Source: a virus (Duplodnaviria > Caudoviricetes). Taken from it: a DNA stretch of 43,832 bases. The notes beneath the pieces are model-generated. The model was not told the origin of the DNA, ran no database searches, and saw nothing but the letters and a program-made list of their open reading frames with translations. The stretch is taken from IMG/VR virus record IMGVR_UViG_3300037797_000034, positions 1 to 43,832 of that record; one strand, given 5' to 3'. Shown piece by piece: positions 17,275 to 27,070 of this stretch; positions within the stretch are counted from its first letter, which is position 1; each line of letters starts with the position of its first letter. The translations under genes were made by a program, and so were the position numbers.

Positions 17275-17507
17275 AGCAACTTATCCCGCTCGCCTTGTCG
17301 GCCAACACGCTGGCGCTGATGTGGCTCGTCGGCGACCGCAAGGTCCTCGGATGGTGGCTAGCAGTGTTCGGGCAAGTCGGCTGGGCGGTGTTCATTGTCA
17401 CGTTTGCGGCGTGGGGTCTGCTGCCGATGTGGGCCGGACTGAGCTTCACCTACACCCGCAACCTCATCAAGTGGCGACGTGAGCAGCGACAGGAGGTCTC
17501 CCCATGA
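17271..17507 (+). CDS. Small membrane protein (PnuC-fragment-like)
   Basis: Three hydrophobic segments; GWWLAVFGQVGW. Confidence 0.6.
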   Translation: MKQLIPLALSANTLALMWLVGDRKVLGWWLAVFGQVGWAVFIVTFAAWGLLPMWAGLSFTYTRNLIKWRREQRQEVSP

Positions 17508-17629
17508 CCGCCGCCCGCATCGTCGCCTGGGCCGCCGTCGCCGCCGGGCTGCTGCTGGTGATCGCCGTCGGTGCCTCACTGGCGATGCAGCCGCGCGGCA
17601 GACCGTTCGGGGACGACCCGGACCCCTGA
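17504..17629 (+). CDS. Small membrane peptide
   Basis: GGAGG RBS; ATGA coupling. Confidence 0.5.
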   Translation: MTAARIVAWAAVAAGLLLVIAVGASLAMQPRGRPFGDDPDP

Positions 17630-17820
17630 TCGGCGGGGTGGGTAGCCCACGACTCGCCTAGCTCTGGCGCCCGCCCCGACAAACGCCGCTGCCGGGTTGA
17701 GCCGGAGCCCCCCTTGAACGACACCCGGCTCCCCGGCAGCGGTGAACAACTGAAAAGCAAGCGGCGCCCAGTCACCTTCCCCGTGCGGCTGGACGCCACC
17801 CACTACAGAAGGAGTATCGC

Positions 17821-18342
17821 ATGGACATCAACGTCACCGTCGAGAACGTGGATCTGGACAGCGTGATCGGCGCCCACTATCGGCAGATCGGCGAAGAGGA
17901 CTATGCCGAAACGCCGCGGACTCTCGCCGATGTGGTGGCCGACCGCATCGTGGCCGACCTGAAACGCGACGATCACTATACCCGGCTCAAGGAGCGGGTT
18001 CGCGAGATCCGCGACGAGGAGATCCGTGAACAGATTCGCCCCATCATCGCCGAGGCGATCACCGCCCCGGTTCAGCGGACCAGTGACCTCGGAACGCCAA
18101 TCGGGCAGCCGGTCGCATTGGCGGAACTGATCGTCAAGGAGGCGCAGAGCTTCCTCACCCGCCGCGACGGTTATGACGCGCAGACCCCGCCGCAGAAGAT
18201 CATCCGGGACGAGGTCGACCGCGCCATCAAGTCCGAACTGTCGGCGGCCATCGCGGAAGAGAAAGCGAAGGTCGTCGCTGCAGTGCGGGCGAAGGCTGCT
18301 GATCTTATCGCGGAGGCCGTCAAACAAGGGGTCGGGCGATGA
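17821..18342 (+). CDS. Hypothetical protein
   Basis: AAGGAG RBS; helical. Confidence 0.75.
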   Translation: MDINVTVENVDLDSVIGAHYRQIGEEDYAETPRTLADVVADRIVADLKRDDHYTRLKERVREIRDEEIREQIRPIIAEAITAPVQRTSDLGTPIGQPVALAELIVKEAQSFLTRRDGYDAQTPPQKIIRDEVDRAIKSELSAAIAEEKAKVVAAVRAKAADLIAEAVKQGVGR

Positions 18343-18548
18343 ACAGCGAGCATATTCCGAAATACAAGCACCGTATCTGTCCGTGTGGTTGCGGCGAACT
18401 AGCTGACGAGTGCATGAGCCCCGGAAGCGCGCTCAATGCCTTCTCCGGCTGGGCGGCTCGTCCACGCCGACGACCGCCCGCAGACCTTCGCCGAGCATAC
18501 CGCCGAGGCGCTGGCGCTGATCCACGACCACGTGGAGGCCGGCGATGA
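18339..18548 (+). CDS. Hypothetical protein (CPCGC)
   Basis: ATGA couplings. Confidence 0.5.
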   Translation: MNSEHIPKYKHRICPCGCGELADECMSPGSALNAFSGWAARPRRRPPADLRRAYRRGAGADPRPRGGRR

Positions 18549-18856
18549 GTGAGATCCCGACGTTCGCAATGAGCGACGACGACCTGGACGGCATTGAGGC
18601 GCTGGCCGAGGCGTGCAAGCCGTGGAACCCGCTTCGTGAAGCAAGCGAGGCACTGGTGGGTGAGGTGCGCCGCCTCCGCGCCACCGTAGACGCCGCGCTC
18701 GCGCTGCACCAACGGGCAGTCCAGGGCCATTGGATCTATTGCGAACGCTGCGATTCCGAGGATTACGCAGAGCCTTGGCCCTGCGCCACCGTCCGCGCCC
18801 TGGCCCCGGTGGCCGACCCCGACCTGCACACCACCAGCGATGAGGAGACGACATGA
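18545..18856 (+). CDS. Hypothetical Zn-binding protein (CxxC..WPCAT)
   Basis: Motif common in actinophages. Confidence 0.65.
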   Translation: MSEIPTFAMSDDDLDGIEALAEACKPWNPLREASEALVGEVRRLRATVDAALALHQRAVQGHWIYCERCDSEDYAEPWPCATVRALAPVADPDLHTTSDEETT

Positions 18857-19374
18857 GGGCCGCGACATGGCTGACGGTTATCGACGAACAGCGCGACGCT
18901 GAGATCAGCCGCGCCATGCTGTCGGTGAAGCGGCGCCTGTACCGCGCCTACGACGAGGCGATCGCCGAGGCGCTAAACGGGGCGAGGCTGCCGAAGCGGT
19001 GGCCCACGGTGGACGACCTGATCGCACGCAGGCAGCAACCGGAACCGACCGCCGAATGGTCCGTTCAGTCGGGTTCAGTGAATGTCGCTGATGTGCCGTG
19101 GGCGACATTGCCCGGCGACGGTATTCCCGTGCTCGCCGAGGCTTACCGGCGAACCGCCGGATGGACGCCCCGTCCGGAGGACTTCGCGCCCGCCCCCGAC
19201 GAGAACATGCCCGGTAGGTACCGACTGACGCCCCGCTCCGAAGTGCAGGCCGGGCCGCGCTCACGGCCGGGCCGCTGGGTCGACGAGCAGCTACAGCGTC
19301 CCGGCAGGTGGTGGCGGCGCAAGAAGGCGGCCACCAACAAGCGCATGGGAATCACCGACGAACAGGAGGACTGA
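18853..19374 (+). CDS. Hypothetical protein
   Basis: GAGGAG RBS; coupling. Confidence 0.6.
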   Translation: MRAATWLTVIDEQRDAEISRAMLSVKRRLYRAYDEAIAEALNGARLPKRWPTVDDLIARRQQPEPTAEWSVQSGSVNVADVPWATLPGDGIPVLAEAYRRTAGWTPRPEDFAPAPDENMPGRYRLTPRSEVQAGPRSRPGRWVDEQLQRPGRWWRRKKAATNKRMGITDEQED

Positions 19375-19375
19375 C

Positions 19376-19540
19376 ATGTACGTAGGTGGCGGCGCGCAAG
19401 GCTCGATCGACTGGGTCGCGCGCAAGAGGCTCGAACAGCAGGCCAAGGACATGACCGCGCTGCAGGCGCAGGTGGCCGAACTGGCCGCCGCGCTCAAAGC
19501 CCGCGACGAGGCCGGCGAGCTGGTCGGGGGTGTGGTGTGA
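19376..19540 (+). CDS. Small hypothetical protein
   Basis: GGAGG RBS; GTGA coupling. Confidence 0.55.
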   Translation: MYVGGGAQGSIDWVARKRLEQQAKDMTALQAQVAELAAALKARDEAGELVGGVV

Positions 19541-20316
19541 GCGGGTTGCGGGAGAGGATCGCCAACGCGCTGATTCCCTGGTTGGAGCATGATCGGCGCA
19601 AGCGGATGCAAGCAACCGACGCGGTGTTGCGGGTGCTCGCCGAACACGGCGACACACAGCAGGTGCGGACTGAGATACGGGATGTCATCGAGCAGACCAC
19701 AGGCGAGCCGATCTTCCCGCCCACGATGGATGCCGTCATGGCTGTCGTCGCCCCCATCGTGGCCGCACGCGACGCCGCCGTCGAACAGCTAGAACGCTAC
19801 GACGGGCAGGCGTGGGAAGACCTGCGGGCCGACCTGGCCGCCGCGCGGCAGCAACTCGACCAGGTGCGGGCGCTGGTTACCAGCGTTGACATCCCCGAGA
19901 TCACTGACGATGACTTTTACGACACGGTTGTCGACATCCGCCGCATCCTTGACACCCTGGCCCGGCGGGCACCGAGCATTGACGCCGCCCACATCGCACA
20001 CCAACGCGAATGGAGCACCGAGACGTTCGGTCCAGGATTGCGGCTCGGAGTCATCGACCACATCCGCAAGGAACTAATCGAGGTCGAAGCCGCCCCCGCC
20101 GATCTAGGCGAGTGGGTCGACGTCATCATCCTCGGCCTCGACGGTGCGTGGCGGGCAGGCCACGAACCCCAAGCGATCATTGACGCGATCAAGGCCAAGC
20201 AGGCTCGCAACGAAGCCCGTACGTGGCCGGACTGGCGCACCGCCGACCGCGACATGGCCATCGAGCACGACCGCTCCCTCGACGCCCCCGCCGGGCACGA
20301 CGAGACGGGGCAGTGA
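19537..20316 (+). CDS. Protein with C-terminal DUF550/MazG-like dNTP pyrophosphohydrolase domain
   Basis: HQREWSTETFG...HIRKELIEV...EWVDVIILGLDGAWR. Confidence 0.78.
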   Translation: MSGLRERIANALIPWLEHDRRKRMQATDAVLRVLAEHGDTQQVRTEIRDVIEQTTGEPIFPPTMDAVMAVVAPIVAARDAAVEQLERYDGQAWEDLRADLAAARQQLDQVRALVTSVDIPEITDDDFYDTVVDIRRILDTLARRAPSIDAAHIAHQREWSTETFGPGLRLGVIDHIRKELIEVEAAPADLGEWVDVIILGLDGAWRAGHEPQAIIDAIKAKQARNEARTWPDWRTADRDMAIEHDRSLDAPAGHDETGQ

Positions 20317-20537
20317 TGGACACCGTGCAACAGGCCGCGCAAGTCATCGAACGGATCGCTCTCAGGCAGTCCGATGACGTCCACGTCAGCCCTGCCATGA
20401 TCGCGCTCGCCCTTGCCGAAGCCGGCCTGCTCGCCGACACCCGCTGCCGCAAATGCAACGGCACCGGCGGCACCGACCTCGGCGGGGCCTGCTGCGCCGT
20501 CTGCCACGGCACCGGACACCGGCGGGCCGAGACGTGA
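20316..20537 (+). CDS. Small CxxCxGxG zinc-finger protein
   Basis: CRKCNGTG, CAVCHGTG. Confidence 0.6.
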   Translation: MDTVQQAAQVIERIALRQSDDVHVSPAMIALALAEAGLLADTRCRKCNGTGGTDLGGACCAVCHGTGHRRAET

Positions 20538-20719
20538 ACCTACTCGCCGAAGCTGCCGGCTACTGGCCGCTGCTGCTGCTGCCCCCGCTGTACCCGCTCG
20601 CCGTGTGGGTACGCCGCCGCGAATGGGTCCGCACCGCACGCCGCCACTGGCGAGCCCACCCCAGCATCGACCAGGCATCCCACGAACGCGGACCCCAGCC
20701 AGGGCAGGAGGAACAGTGA
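20534..20719 (+). CDS. Small membrane protein
   Basis: GTGA couplings; hydrophobic stretch. Confidence 0.5.
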   Translation: MNLLAEAAGYWPLLLLPPLYPLAVWVRRREWVRTARRHWRAHPSIDQASHERGPQPGQEEQ

Positions 20720-21300
20720 GCGATCACTGGTGGGTCATCGGCATCGACCCGTCCCTCACCGCCACCGGCATCTGCACCAACGGCCGGCGACTCACCGCAG
20801 GCGGGACCGCGCAATACGGTGACGGGCGTCTCGCCGACATTCACAGCGCTATCGGCAAGAACCTACTCCGCAAGGAGCTGCGCGACCAGTGGCCGACGCT
20901 GGCCGTCGTCGAAGACCTGCCCTACCACGCCAAGTCAGCCGGCGCCACCGGCATGGCCCAAGGCGTGATCCGGCTCGCCCTCATCCAAGCCAAAGTGCCG
21001 TACGTCCTCATCCCCCCGGCCACGTTGAAGAAATACGCCACCGGGCGCGGCAACGCCACCAAAGCCGACATGCGGGTCGCCATGCTGCGCCGCTCCGACG
21101 AGGACGAACGCGACGACAACCTCGTCGACGCCTGGTGGCTTCATCAGATCGGGCTCGCCGCCGTCCACGACCCGCGCGCAATCGCTGTGCCGCGTGCCCA
21201 GCGCGAAGCCCTGTTCAACCGGGCCATCACCTGGCCACCCGACGTGGCCGCCCGCCTGCTCGAACCGTACGAGCGGCCCGTGCAGGAGGTGGCGCCGTGA
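20716..21300 (+). CDS. RuvC-like Holliday junction resolvase
   Basis: IGIDPSLTATG, VVED, LKKYATGRGNATK, DNLVDA. Confidence 0.85.
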   Translation: MSDHWWVIGIDPSLTATGICTNGRRLTAGGTAQYGDGRLADIHSAIGKNLLRKELRDQWPTLAVVEDLPYHAKSAGATGMAQGVIRLALIQAKVPYVLIPPATLKKYATGRGNATKADMRVAMLRRSDEDERDDNLVDAWWLHQIGLAAVHDPRAIAVPRAQREALFNRAITWPPDVAARLLEPYERPVQEVAP

Positions 21301-21701
21301 GCGCTGATTACGTCACCGTCACCTGCGCCGACTGCGGGCAGGCGCGGTCCATCCTCCGCAACGGCAAACCCCTGCCGCAGCGCTGCCGGACATGCGCCCA
21401 GCGGCGCCGCTCCAAGGGGGCGAAGAAAAGCCGGGCGACCGCACCCACCACCCGGACCAGCGACAAGGCCCGCCTGCGTGACCGGTTTCTCGAGCAGTTC
21501 CGCGACTACGACGCGCCCTGCAAGGACGCGCCCGACGTGTGGATGTCCGCCGTGCTCGCCGAACGCAACCGCGCCAAGAAACTGTGCCGCGAGAAGTGCG
21601 ACCTGATCGACGCCTGCCGCGCCTGGGCCGCCGAACCGCCCCGCGAAAAGTACGGCGTCCTCGGCGGACGGGACTGGACCACGAAGGAGAAGGAGACGTG
21701 A
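21297..21701 (+). CDS. whiB: WhiB-family regulator with N-terminal Zn finger
   Basis: C...AKKLCREKC...C...YGVLGG. Confidence 0.8.
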   Translation: MSADYVTVTCADCGQARSILRNGKPLPQRCRTCAQRRRSKGAKKSRATAPTTRTSDKARLRDRFLEQFRDYDAPCKDAPDVWMSAVLAERNRAKKLCREKCDLIDACRAWAAEPPREKYGVLGGRDWTTKEKET

Positions 21702-21892
21702 ACCAGATCGTCGCCATCAACGCCGTCGTGAAGTCCCAGCGCATCGTCGACGTTGTTGTCGACACCGGCCGCTCCCAGCACCGCATCGGCCACCTGCCCA
21801 GCGACGGCTGGTTCTGCATCTGCGCCAAAGGCAAACGCTGCAAGCACATCGACACCGTGAAACAACTCGTGCCCGAGATGGAGACCCCATGA
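21698..21892 (+). CDS. SWIM-type zinc finger protein
   Basis: WFCIC...CKHI. Confidence 0.65.
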   Translation: MNQIVAINAVVKSQRIVDVVVDTGRSQHRIGHLPSDGWFCICAKGKRCKHIDTVKQLVPEMETP

Positions 21893-22836
21893 GCCAGACC
21901 GTCATCCAGCCCGCCCCGCAAGTCGAACGCGACCGGTACGGCCGGCCCCTGGTCATCCCACCGGGCGGCGGTAAGAAGGTCTCCTACCGGCGCGTGACCA
22001 CCTTCATCGACGTGCTCGACGACCGGTACGCCCTCGAACTGTGGAAGCAACGGCAGGTCGCCCACGGCCTGGCCATGCGCCCCGACCTCGTGCTCAAGGC
22101 CGCGTCCGCGGCCGGGGACAAGAAGGTGCTCAACGAGGTCGTCAAGACCGCGTCCGAGGCCGCCGGGTCCACCCAGGCCGCCACCGTCGGCACCGCCTTG
22201 CACGCCATCACCGAACAACTCGACCGCGGCGAGGACGCCCTCATCCCGCCGTCCGCCCAGGCCGACGTCGACGCCTACCGCCGCGCCACCGAACACCTGA
22301 CCATGCGCATGATCGAAGTGTTCGTCGTCAACGACGACCTACAAGTCGGCGGCACCTTCGACCGGGTCGTCAAACACGACGGCGCCCTCTACGTGGCCGA
22401 CATCAAGACCGGCACCATCGACTGGGGCGCCGGGAAGATCGCCATGCAGCTCGCCCTGTACGCCCGCAGTCAATGCTACGACGTGCGCGGCGGCACCCGC
22501 ACCCCGCTCGACGTGGACACCACAAGGGGCCTCGTCATCCACCTGCCCGCCGGCGCCGGCCAATGCGAACTCAAATGGGCCGATCTGTCGATCGGCTGGT
22601 CCGGCGTGCAGATCGCCAAAGACGTGTGGGACTGGCGCGGCATGTCCGGGCAGCTCGAGGCCACGCCCCCGGGGCAATCCAACAATCTTCTCGATCTAGT
22701 CAACCTCGCCGGGAACGAGGAATCACTACGGCAACTGTGGACCGAGTTCCGCACCGACTGGACCGAGACACACACGGCAGCCGCCAAACGACGGCTGACC
22801 GCGCTGCAGCAAAAGACGGAAGGAGCAGCAGCATGA
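21889..22836 (+). CDS. PD-(D/E)XK (Cas4/RecB-like) exonuclease
   Basis: GTALH, GTFDR, ADIKTG, QLALY. Confidence 0.85.
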   Translation: MSQTVIQPAPQVERDRYGRPLVIPPGGGKKVSYRRVTTFIDVLDDRYALELWKQRQVAHGLAMRPDLVLKAASAAGDKKVLNEVVKTASEAAGSTQAATVGTALHAITEQLDRGEDALIPPSAQADVDAYRRATEHLTMRMIEVFVVNDDLQVGGTFDRVVKHDGALYVADIKTGTIDWGAGKIAMQLALYARSQCYDVRGGTRTPLDVDTTRGLVIHLPAGAGQCELKWADLSIGWSGVQIAKDVWDWRGMSGQLEATPPGQSNNLLDLVNLAGNEESLRQLWTEFRTDWTETHTAAAKRRLTALQQKTEGAAA

Positions 22837-23243
22837 GCACATTCAGCAAGCCCGCCGCCGCGGTGGGCATCCAGTGGGAGGACCTGATCGGCAGACTCCT
22901 GCTGGTCGAACCTAAGGAGTTCGAGCACAGCATCCCCACCACGTTCGGCGACAAGGATGCGGTGCGGGCCGACGTCACCGTCATCGACGGACCTGATGGC
23001 GGGACGGCGTACCCCGACGCCCTGATCTTCCCCGGTGTGCTGATCTCACAGACCCGTGGGCTCATCGGCGAGAAGGTACTGGGCCGACTCGGCCAAGGTG
23101 TCGCCAAGCCTGGACAGAAACCGCCGTGGCGGCTGGACGAGGCCACACCGGACGACGAGAGCCTCGCCGTGAAGTACCTCGAGCAGCGCGACCGTAAGAC
23201 GTTCGCGGCCCCGGCCGCCGACGGCAAGGCCCCCTGGGAGTAG
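22833..23243 (+). CDS. Putative ssDNA-binding protein
   Basis: Follows the exonuclease; aromatic/acidic C-terminus APWE. Confidence 0.55.
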   Translation: MSTFSKPAAAVGIQWEDLIGRLLLVEPKEFEHSIPTTFGDKDAVRADVTVIDGPDGGTAYPDALIFPGVLISQTRGLIGEKVLGRLGQGVAKPGQKPPWRLDEATPDDESLAVKYLEQRDRKTFAAPAADGKAPWE

Positions 23244-23298
23244 ATCCCGACAGCCCTGCGCCGTAGGCGGCCAGCCCGATCACGTCGGGCCGGGGCAC

Positions 23299-24909
23299 GT
23301 GACGACCCAACCGCAGCCGGGAGGAACCGTGGCGATGTGCAAACACGGCCGCCCGAACCCCGACGAGTGCCCGAAATGTCTCGCCGACGACATGTACCGA
23401 GCGTCCAGTGTCGCCGACCCCACGCCTGACTACATTCCACCTAAAGATCCATGCCAGCACGGCTGGGAACGCTCCGACTGCGTGCACTGTTCACCACCGC
23501 GCCACGGAACCTACAACGGCTTCTACCCGGCGCCGGCGGACGACGGATACGAACAACTCGCCTACTTCGAGCGGCAGGTGTTCGACGAGCTGGAGAAGCT
23601 GCGCATCCGCCGCGAGGCCCGCCGCCGGCTGGACGCCGAGGTCAGGACGAACATTGAGCCACCGGCGATCCTGACCCTGCGGGAGCGGCTCGCCATGCCC
23701 AAGGTGCCCGTGCGGTGGCGCATCGAGGGCTGGCAGCCGGCCGGATCGCGGATCGTCCTGGCGGCGCAGTACAAAAGCGGCAAGACCACACTCGTGGGCA
23801 ACTTAGTCCGCTGCCTGGTCGACGGACGGATGTTCCTGAACCGCAGCGAAGTCACCTCGATCGACGGAACAGTCGTGCTACTTGACTTCGAGATGGGTGG
23901 CGACCAGCTTGACGAGTGGCTACGCGACCAGGGCATCACCAATGACGACCAGGTCATGGTCATCCCGATGCGCGGATCGGCGTCCGGCTTCGACATCATC
24001 GATGAGCAGGTCAGGTCACGCTGGGCCGAACTGCTCAAGTCCCATCGGGCTTGCTACGTCGTGCTTGACTGTCTGCGGCCCGTGCTGGACGCCCTCGGAC
24101 TGGACGAGCACAAGGACGCCGGCCGGTTCCTCGTAGCGTTCGATGAACTTCTCAAGACCGCAGAGGTGGACGACGCGCTCGTCGTGCACCACATGGGCCA
24201 CTCCGGTGAGCGGTCCCGCGGCGACTCCCGTATCCGCGATTGGCCCGACGTCGAATGGCGGCTAGTCCGCGAGGATGAAGAACCGCACAGCCCACGCTAC
24301 GTCTCGGCATACGGCCGGGACGTCGACCAGCCCGAGTCACTGCTGCACTTCAACTCGGACACCCGGCACCTGTCCATCGCAGGCGGCAACCGAAAGCAGG
24401 CGGCGTCCCAGGCCGCACTCGTGGACGTTGTCAAGGTGCTTCGCGACAAGGACCCCGAGAAACTGTCGCTCCATCAGATCGAGATGGAAATGTACGCCAG
24501 CGACCACTCCCGCAACGCCATCCGCGATGCGCTGCAACTCGGTGCGCGGCAGCGAACGATCAACGTTGAGCCGGGTCCAAGGAACGCCAAGCTACATTCA
24601 CTGTTGTCTATATCCGCAGGTCAGAGCCAGTTCGCCAGTTCGCCGGGCAGGTCTCAGACCCAAGATCAGACAAGCCTAAACCTAGGCGGCGAGGTCATCA
24701 CCGCAGGTCAGGCCGCAAATTCAGACGACCTCGCCGCACCTCGCCGTAGTTCGCCGGCGAACTCATTCGACCTCGCCGCCGCCTTTATAAGGCGGCGAGG
24801 AGAACACGATGGTCCAGACGACCCCGCCAGCGGCGAACACGCCACCTGCATCCAATGCGGATTCGGACTCGACACCCAAGGCCACCAGATCAAGTGCGAA
24901 GGAGCCTGA
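23299..24909 (+). CDS. AAA_25/RepA-like helicase-ATPase
   Basis: Walker A AAQYKSGKTT, LLDFEM, VVLD, VVHH..RSRGDS. Confidence 0.85.
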   Translation: MTTQPQPGGTVAMCKHGRPNPDECPKCLADDMYRASSVADPTPDYIPPKDPCQHGWERSDCVHCSPPRHGTYNGFYPAPADDGYEQLAYFERQVFDELEKLRIRREARRRLDAEVRTNIEPPAILTLRERLAMPKVPVRWRIEGWQPAGSRIVLAAQYKSGKTTLVGNLVRCLVDGRMFLNRSEVTSIDGTVVLLDFEMGGDQLDEWLRDQGITNDDQVMVIPMRGSASGFDIIDEQVRSRWAELLKSHRACYVVLDCLRPVLDALGLDEHKDAGRFLVAFDELLKTAEVDDALVVHHMGHSGERSRGDSRIRDWPDVEWRLVREDEEPHSPRYVSAYGRDVDQPESLLHFNSDTRHLSIAGGNRKQAASQAALVDVVKVLRDKDPEKLSLHQIEMEMYASDHSRNAIRDALQLGARQRTINVEPGPRNAKLHSLLSISAGQSQFASSPGRSQTQDQTSLNLGGEVITAGQAANSDDLAAPRRSSPANSFDLAAAFIRRRGEHDGPDDPASGEHATCIQCGFGLDTQGHQIKCEGA

Positions 24910-24910
24910 T

Positions 24911-25234
24911 ATGACCGACCACACCGATCGGCTAAGCGCTGGTACTGAAAATCCACTGCGACCCGATTCACTTGTTGGGTCCTTCTTCCACTCAGGGCCA
25001 GACAAAGGATGGCAAGGCTGCGTCGTCGCCGAACCCTACCCCGGCACGTACCTCATTGAACTGTTCGGATGGCTTGCTGGAGACAGCACCTGTCAACAGC
25101 TCGTGAACATCGACACCATGACCGACTGGCAGTTCTATGACACCGCCGACTGGATGAGGAACGCCTATGAGCACGGCGGAGTCCAACAGCGATGGGAACG
25201 ACTCCGCTCTCAAGATGCGCAGGACGCCTCATGA
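24911..25234 (+). CDS. Hypothetical protein
   Basis: GGAG RBS. Confidence 0.65.
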   Translation: MTDHTDRLSAGTENPLRPDSLVGSFFHSGPDKGWQGCVVAEPYPGTYLIELFGWLAGDSTCQQLVNIDTMTDWQFYDTADWMRNAYEHGGVQQRWERLRSQDAQDAS

Positions 25235-25506
25235 AGCCGGCGCCGCCGTTGGATTGCAGCGTCTGCGGCAGACCAATCGGCAAGAAAGCCGGCCATTACC
25301 TGCTGGAGGGTGACCGACTTGCCTGTATGCGATGCGTCGAGAAGAAGGCGTTACACGCTGAGATATTCACCGACTGCCCCCACGCATGGCATGACCTGCT
25401 AGATCACTTGCAGTCCACGGGGACTCGTGCCGGCATGGCCATGAGGCTCAACCTGTGGCCCGCAGCACGCGCCGCCCTACACGCCGCCAGGAAGGACACG
25501 ACGTGA
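25231..25506 (+). CDS. Hypothetical Cys-rich protein
   Basis: ATGA coupling; two CxxC. Confidence 0.55.
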   Translation: MKPAPPLDCSVCGRPIGKKAGHYLLEGDRLACMRCVEKKALHAEIFTDCPHAWHDLLDHLQSTGTRAGMAMRLNLWPAARAALHAARKDTT

Positions 25507-25733
25507 GCGACCCACTGGATCTCGAGAAGCTGCTCGCTGCCGAGGAGCACCGCCAGGGGCTGCCCTACTTGGCCGATCCCGGGCACTGCGTTGACTGTGC
25601 TGCAGTGGACTTGGCTTGGCACCAGGCGGTCTGCCAGCACGATGACGATTACCAGGACTTGGTCACTCTGGGAAGCCCGGTCGTGACGCGACTGTGCAAC
25701 CAGTGCGGCGCGATCACCGAGGTGGCACGGTGA
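25503..25733 (+). CDS. Hypothetical Cys-rich protein
   Basis: GTGA couplings. Confidence 0.55.
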   Translation: MSDPLDLEKLLAAEEHRQGLPYLADPGHCVDCAAVDLAWHQAVCQHDDDYQDLVTLGSPVVTRLCNQCGAITEVAR

Positions 25734-26491
25734 CCTGCGCCACCGGCTGCGGCCGGCCTACCCGCGACACCCTCGCGCTGTGCAACGGCTGCTTGTGGGC
25801 GCTGGAGTGCGACCTCGGCGACGTGGCGTGGCTGGACGAGCAACTCGAGCTGGTCCTGTCCCGGCTGGCGGTTCTAGGCGAGCACAACGGCGGGCGCTCG
25901 GCCGAGACGCCGATGCCGGTGCACCCCGGCGCGCTCAAGGCCCGCTCGGAGCTGCGGGTGGCACTGGTCGGCTGGGTGCGGGACATGGCCGAAGGCACCA
26001 CGCACTGGCCGGAGGACACCCTGCCCGACATGGCCGGCTGGCTGCTCAAGCGCATCGACCGCATCGCCGTGCACGCTGCCGCCGAGGACATCCACGGCGA
26101 GATTGTCGGTGCCGTGCGGTTCGCTGCCAGGGTGATCGACCTGCCGGCCAACCGAACCACGTTCCCCGTCGGGCCCTGCCCCGAGCTCGGCTGTGCTGGT
26201 GAGATCCGCGCGTACATCCCGGCCCAGCCCGAGCGGCCGGCGCGGATGGAGTGCTCGGCGTGTGAGACCAGATGGGAGCCGCACCAGTGGCTGCGTGCAG
26301 GTAGGCGCATCCTGGCCCGCAAGGGTGAGGTCATCGGCTACGTGGATGTGCAGGTGGCGGCGCAGTCGATGGGTGTGGTGGACCGCACCATCCGGCGGTG
26401 GGTGGAGACAGGCAGGCTGGCCAACCACGGCACGCAGTCGCGGATCATGGTGGACTTGGTTGAGGTGCAGCGTGTCCTGGATGTGGCGTGA
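25730..26491 (+). CDS. Zn-finger plus C-terminal HTH protein (putative late regulator)
   Basis: Cys motifs; VVDRTIRRWVETG HTH; last gene of the early operon. Confidence 0.7.
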   Translation: MTCATGCGRPTRDTLALCNGCLWALECDLGDVAWLDEQLELVLSRLAVLGEHNGGRSAETPMPVHPGALKARSELRVALVGWVRDMAEGTTHWPEDTLPDMAGWLLKRIDRIAVHAAAEDIHGEIVGAVRFAARVIDLPANRTTFPVGPCPELGCAGEIRAYIPAQPERPARMECSACETRWEPHQWLRAGRRILARKGEVIGYVDVQVAAQSMGVVDRTIRRWVETGRLANHGTQSRIMVDLVEVQRVLDVA

Positions 26492-26633
26492 GGACAATGT
26501 CCGCTACAGTGTGGTTGACTGCGATGCAGTCCGCCCATAGGCCGCGTCAGGTCTGCACGTAGCGCCCCTGTCTCATGGCAGGGGTGCTCTCACGTGGCCC
26601 TGCTTTCGGGGCCGCCACCATTCGGGAGCGGGC

Positions 26634-26972
26634 ATGACAACCCGGCCGTGCCTTGACTGCGGCACCCTCGTGCAAGCCCGGCCCGGCAGCAAGCAGGGCA
26701 CCAGGTGCCCGGGCTGCCAGCGGGACAGGGACCAGGCCAAGCGGGCCACCCGACCCCACACCTACGCCGAGGACCAGCGCCGCACCCAGGTGGTGCAGGC
26801 ATGGCGTGCCGAGCATGGGGACTGGTGCCCTGGATGGCAGCGCCCACCCCACCCTGCTGCTGACCTGACCGCTGATCACGTCGTTGCATTCGCTGTTGTT
26901 GGACACGAGAACTCGCAACTCGTTGTGCTCTGTCGATCATGCAACAGCGCGAAGGGCAAGCGCTCGGGCTGA
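26634..26972 (+). CDS. Terminase-associated HNH endonuclease
   Basis: TADHVV...LCRSCNSAKG; upstream of the terminase genes. Confidence 0.85.
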   Translation: MTTRPCLDCGTLVQARPGSKQGTRCPGCQRDRDQAKRATRPHTYAEDQRRTQVVQAWRAEHGDWCPGWQRPPHPAADLTADHVVAFAVVGHENSQLVVLCRSCNSAKGKRSG

Positions 26973-27070
26973 GCGGCGGGCCAGGGGGGTACCCCAATCA
27001 CGGCGAACCGGACAATGCTCCGGACCCCGCCCCAGGTGTCTCGCTTTTTGTACGCATTGGGAGGTCGGTC

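Noticed and set aside
21889-22836. Cas4-like nuclease as part of a CRISPR system
   Set aside because: Ordinary phage recombination exonuclease in the replication module; no cas1/cas2
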